A stretch of DNA of 39,533 nt, taken from NCBI GenBank assembly GCA_964569445.1, contig CAZMVJ010000003.1, positions 1 to 39,533 on the forward strand, in the 5' to 3' direction. Shown here piece after piece: positions 36,288 to 39,533 of this stretch. Under the pieces are notes generated by a model that had not been told where the DNA came from, did no database searches, and saw only the letters and a program-made list of their open reading frames with translations. The first letter of the stretch is position 1. Every line of letters begins with the position of its first letter. Source of the DNA: an uncultured Anaerolineaceae bacterium. GTDB taxonomy: Bacteria > Chloroflexota > Anaerolineae > Anaerolineales > E44-bin32. The position numbers were made by a program, and so were the translations under genes.

Positions 36288-37070
36288 CTACCCGGCCAAC
36301 GCGATCAGCGCCCCGAAGCGTCCCGTCTGGCCGTGTTCGGCGCGGTGCGAGTACCAATCGGCGGCATCGCAGGCACTGCACAGGCCGGCAATCTCGATCT
36401 GCTCCACGCCCTGCTCCCTCAGCAGCTGCTCGTTGGCCGACCACAAGTCCAGGCGTGTTCCTTCCGGCCCGGCGGACAGGTGCGCCTCGGCCGCCTCGCC
36501 AAAGGAGCCGCGGAACGCCTCGACGACTTCCGGACCCACAGGGTAGTGATGCGCTGCGATCGATGGTCCGATTCCCACTCGCAAATCCTGGGGGTGGGTG
36601 CCGAACCGGTCGCGCATTCTCATCACGGCTTCCCGTACGACCTGGCGAACGGTTCCCAGCCACCCGGCGTGGACCATCCCGACCGCTGGCCGCACCGGAT
36701 CGTGCAGCAGGATGGGGACGCAGTCGGCGAAACGCATCATCAAGGTGACTTCGGGCCGGTCGGTCAGGATGGCGTCGGCCTGCTGCGGCGGTGCGTCGCC
36801 GCGAGGCGCGGCGGCCAGGATCACGTCCGCCGAATGGACCTGCCAGACGTCGAAAACCGATTCGGACGTGCGCCCCAGGGCCTCGAGCGCCAGTCGGCGG
36901 TTTTCGCGGACGCGCACCAGGTCGTCGCCGACCATGGCCCCCAGATTCAAGCTGGACCAAGGCGCCGGGCTCACTCCCCCGCGGCGGGTGAAAACGCCGT
37001 GCACGATGCCCGGCGACGCCAGCGATTCGAAGCGGAAAACGCGCAACCGCCCGAGGTCCTCAAACGGCAT
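36288..37070 (-). CDS. pgeF: YfiH/PgeF family (Cu-oxidase_4, peptidoglycan editing factor / purine nucleoside phosphorylase-like)
   Basis: GGVSPAPWSSLNLG, QVHSADV, ADAILTD, RFADCVPILLHDP...VGMVHAGWLGTV, and C-terminal CSACDAADWYSHR. Confidence 0.9.
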   Translation of the reverse strand: MPFEDLGRLRVFRFESLASPGIVHGVFTRRGGVSPAPWSSLNLGAMVGDDLVRVRENRRLALEALGRTSESVFDVWQVHSADVILAAAPRGDAPPQQADAILTDRPEVTLMMRFADCVPILLHDPVRPAVGMVHAGWLGTVRQVVREAVMRMRDRFGTHPQDLRVGIGPSIAAHHYPVGPEVVEAFRGSFGEAAEAHLSAGPEGTRLDLWSANEQLLREQGVEQIEIAGLCSACDAADWYSHRAEHGQTGRFGALIALAG

Positions 37071-37092
37071 TGGCGCAGCGCCCGGTGGACCC

Positions 37093-38064
37093 TCAGGGCT
37101 TGGCCGGGGGCGGCTCCGACCCGGCCAGCTTCACCGAGACGGCGGTACGCGTCTCGGCCATCGACTCTTCGAGGTAAGGGTAGGCCAGCCACACGTTGAG
37201 CAGGCCAAAAAGGAGCCCGGTGGCGGTTCGCAGCAACGGGGTGCTCTCGCGCAGCGCCCAGCCGGCCGGCGCGATCGGAAACGCCGAAATGAGCTGCGTC
37301 CCGCCGTCGATCGCCATCGGCAGCACGCCGAACACCAGCCAGGCCCACACCGGCAGGGGCCTCACCCGGCCGCGCACCCGGGCGAAGATCAACCCGCCGA
37401 GCAGGATTCCGCCGTAGATCGCCACGTCGCGCTCGCACAAGGCCACTTTGAAACCGAGGCGACTGTCTCCGACCAACGCTCGCGCAGCCGCCAGGTCATT
37501 CTCGTCCAACCCGGTCGCTTCGCCGTAGGAGGTGAGCGACGTCCCGGCCAGAGTCCGCGGATAGGCGGCCTGCTCCCCGAACAGAAACCAGGATCGGAAG
37601 GCGAGCTGGTGGCAGACCGGCGAATACACGGTGTAGATCAGACGCGCCGGGCCGTCGGCCCCGGCCTTCATCAGGATCGGGGCCAAGAAGGGAAGGCCGA
37701 CGTACAGAAAGACGATCGTGTTGAGGATCGCCAGCCAATGACGGGAGAAACCCCCGACGGCGCGTGTCATTCCGACGGCTCTCGTCCGGGCGCGACCCTC
37801 GGGGGGCGGATTGCCGGCGGCATGCTGCTGGGCCGAGAGCAGGACGACCTTCAAGTCGGTGAGGCTGAAAGGCGCGCGCAGCGTATAGGGTCCGGTTTCG
37901 ACCACCGGCACGCTGTCCCCGTGCCGCGCCGACAGCACCGGGTCCGAATCGATATCGATCTCGACCAGACGGTGGGGCACGCTGGGCTGCAGCTCGGCCA
38001 GGTCGGCACGAGCCTGGTCGCACAACGTACAGTCCTTCTTCGTGTACAGCGTCACCCGCATCAT
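37093..38064 (-). CDS. Fusion of a glutaredoxin-like CxxC domain with a DUF2085-like polytopic membrane domain
   Basis: N-terminus VTLYTKKDCTLCDQARADLAEL...SVPVVE is glutaredoxin-like. The membrane part has VCHQLAFRSWFLFG and ALCERDVAIYGG motifs (the DUF2085 recollection is tentative). ATGA overlap with the upstream stop at 38061-38064. Confidence 0.75.
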   Translation of the reverse strand: MMRVTLYTKKDCTLCDQARADLAELQPSVPHRLVEIDIDSDPVLSARHGDSVPVVETGPYTLRAPFSLTDLKVVLLSAQQHAAGNPPPEGRARTRAVGMTRAVGGFSRHWLAILNTIVFLYVGLPFLAPILMKAGADGPARLIYTVYSPVCHQLAFRSWFLFGEQAAYPRTLAGTSLTSYGEATGLDENDLAAARALVGDSRLGFKVALCERDVAIYGGILLGGLIFARVRGRVRPLPVWAWLVFGVLPMAIDGGTQLISAFPIAPAGWALRESTPLLRTATGLLFGLLNVWLAYPYLEESMAETRTAVSVKLAGSEPPPAKP

Positions 38065-38639
38065 GCGGTTAGACCCATTTGCTGCAGGTACTCGTCCAAC
38101 TGACCTCCGCTCATCAGGCCGATGTGCTGGAACCGGATCGTGCCTTCTTCGTCCAGGAAGAACGTCGTCGGATAGCCCAGGACGCGGTAGAGACGCTGCA
38201 CGTCGGCCTCGGGATCCAGCAACAGCGGAAAGTCAACGCCGACCTCCCGGCGAAAGGCCTCGACCTGCTCGGCGGTCTCGGCGAAGTTCACGCCGATAAC
38301 GGCCAGCCGATCGGGGAATCGTTCGGCGCGCTCCTGCAGGTCCGGCATTTCGAGCCGGCAGGGCGCGCACCAAGTCGCCCAGAAGTTGACGGCGACGACC
38401 TTGCCGCGCAGGTCGCTCAGGCGCAGGCTCTCGCCGTCGACGGTCTCGAGCGTGAAGTCTGGAGCGGGAGCACCGACCACGGGCGCCGGCGCCGCCGCTT
38501 CGGAGGCGGCGAGCACGCCCGACCCGGGCGAAGTCGGAGCGCGGAACAACAGCAGGCCGACGACCAGCCCCACCAGGGCGCTGCCGCCGAGGGTGAGCCA
38601 GCCAACTCGTCCGACGCGGGATGGCGGCCGGAGGTCCAC
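38061..38639 (-). CDS. TlpA/ResA-like membrane-anchored thiol-disulfide oxidoreductase
   Basis: GTG 38639 directly abuts the ccdA stop (38640-38642). N-terminal TM anchor, then a thioredoxin fold with active site WATWCAPCRLEMP. Confidence 0.88.
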   Translation of the reverse strand: MDLRPPSRVGRVGWLTLGGSALVGLVVGLLLFRAPTSPGSGVLAASEAAAPAPVVGAPAPDFTLETVDGESLRLSDLRGKVVAVNFWATWCAPCRLEMPDLQERAERFPDRLAVIGVNFAETAEQVEAFRREVGVDFPLLLDPEADVQRLYRVLGYPTTFFLDEEGTIRFQHIGLMSGGQLDEYLQQMGLTA

Positions 38640-39362
38640 TCACAACCCCAGGTTGATAAAGAAGCCGTACTGCGCCAGCCGCCCCATCGATCCGGTGAAG
38701 AGCAGGATGCCGATGATCACCATGACAGCCCCGGTGACCTTCGAGATGACCTGGACCGCGCCAGCGTGGCGGCGCATCCATTCCGCCGCGCGTCCGATGC
38801 CCAACGCCGCCAGGAGAAACGGAATGGCCAGGCCAGCGGAGTAGGCCGTCAACAGAGCGACGCCCTGATTCAGGCTGCCGGTGGCCAGGGCCAACGTGAG
38901 GATCGCCCCCAGAACCGGGCCGACACACGGCGCCCAGCCGGCGGAGAAGAAAACTCCCATCAGCACCGAGGAACCGTAGCCGAGTCCCGGGCTGGCCCGC
39001 ACTTGGCGCCGCATGTCGTAGTCGAGAAAGGGGATGTTAATGACCCCCATCGTGTGCAAACCGAAGATGACGACGACCACGCCGCCGATGCGCGCCAGCC
39101 AGATCCGCAGATCGTAGAGCACGGCCCCGATCAGCGACGCCGCCGCCCCCAGGGCGATGAAGACCAGGCTGAAGCCGGCGACGAAAGCCACGCCATGGCC
39201 GAAGGTCTGCCACCGATTCTCGACGACGACGCCCTCGGCCGTCACCGACCGCCCGCTGAGATAGCCGATGTAGGCGGGGACGAGCGCCAGGACGCACGGC
39301 GACAAGAAAGAGGCCAGGCCGGCCAGGAACGCCAGCGGTACGGTCACGCTGCCGGGCGACAT
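38640..39362 (-). CDS. ccdA: Cytochrome c biogenesis protein CcdA (DsbD-type transmembrane electron transporter)
   Basis: Six TM segments. Conserved Cys-Pro contexts FLSPCVLALVP and SAGWAPCVGPVLGAIL. Confidence 0.9.
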   Translation of the reverse strand: MSPGSVTVPLAFLAGLASFLSPCVLALVPAYIGYLSGRSVTAEGVVVENRWQTFGHGVAFVAGFSLVFIALGAAASLIGAVLYDLRIWLARIGGVVVVIFGLHTMGVINIPFLDYDMRRQVRASPGLGYGSSVLMGVFFSAGWAPCVGPVLGAILTLALATGSLNQGVALLTAYSAGLAIPFLLAALGIGRAAEWMRRHAGAVQVISKVTGAVMVIIGILLFTGSMGRLAQYGFFINLGL

Positions 39363-39366
39363 CGGT

Positions 39367-39533
39367 TCAGGCCTCGCTCACGATGACGGGCGTCCCGGGG
39401 TTGGGAAACAAGGACTCCACATCGCCCGGCTTGTACGCCACCGCCGGATTCGACCAGCGAAAGAGCCACTTGGCGTCTTCCGGGAGCACGTTGATGCAGC
39501 CGCGGGAGCGCGGCGTACCGAAATCGTTGTGCC
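39367..39533 (-). CDS. L,D-transpeptidase (YkuD domain), C-terminal fragment (5' end outside the window)
   Basis: It is absent from the ORF track because there is no start codon in the window. Reverse-complement translation gives HNDFGTPRSRGCINVLPEDAKWLFRWSNPAVAYKPGDVESLFPNPGTPVIVSEA*, which contains the YkuD catalytic H...S/R-x-GC-I/V pattern. Stop at 39367-39369. Confidence 0.7.
   Translation of the reverse strand, partial: HNDFGTPRSRGCINVLPEDAKWLFRWSNPAVAYKPGDVESLFPNPGTPVIVSEA

Noticed and set aside
36598-39386. Two long + strand ORFs (36598-38103 and 38079-39386) antisense to the pgeF / DUF2085 / tlpA / ccdA genes
   Set aside because: Both translate to Arg/Pro/Gly/Asp-rich sequence without motifs. 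The minus-strand genes carry CxxC, CcdA and YfiH signatures.

Overview
This is a high-GC, densely coding bacterial chromosomal segment of 39.5 kb. I found no rRNA, tRNA, CRISPR array, transposase or integrase. The gene content and the GC-rich palindromic intergenic repeats suggest a Chloroflexota-like organism, but that is inference only. All family names below come from reading motifs in the ORF translations; no database search was run.

Layout:
- 1-11811: housekeeping genes. These are a partial ftsH, a FadD-like acyl-CoA ligase, a class III aminotransferase, a GAF-PAS histidine kinase, a CpXC protein, and a minus-strand ligA / alpha-oxoamine synthase / rlmI-like set.
- 11954-17392 (+): the most unusual locus, a five-gene operon. 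It encodes a zinc-ribbon membrane protein and a 551-aa signal-peptide/TM protein ending in GGGCACACACAGCACACAGGGR. The stop codon of that protein overlaps the start of a PqqD(RRE)-radical SAM-SPASM enzyme. A paralog of that enzyme that has lost every Fe-S cysteine follows, then a SAM methyltransferase. I read this as a candidate, apparently undescribed, protein-tail maturation system.
- 17802-31046 (-): about 13 kb of nine stop/start-coupled genes. Two tandem copies of a [GT-C-like + YfhO-like] membrane-protein module and a fifth polytopic protein come first. MoxR AAA+, DUF58, a membrane-fused spermidine-synthase-like protein and a DUF1461/TIGR01906-like protein follow.
- 31580-34683 (+): a coiled-coil zinc-ribbon protein and a membrane-anchored NACHT-HEAT STAND NTPase.
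- 34961-39533 (-): L,D-transpeptidase (partial), ccdA, tlpA/resA-like, a glutaredoxin-DUF2085 fusion, pgeF, yggS, yggT and yggU.

Three operon boundaries carry a modular family of GC-rich hairpin repeats. Many long ORFs in the six-frame track are antisense or shadow-frame artefacts of the high GC content and are rejected.
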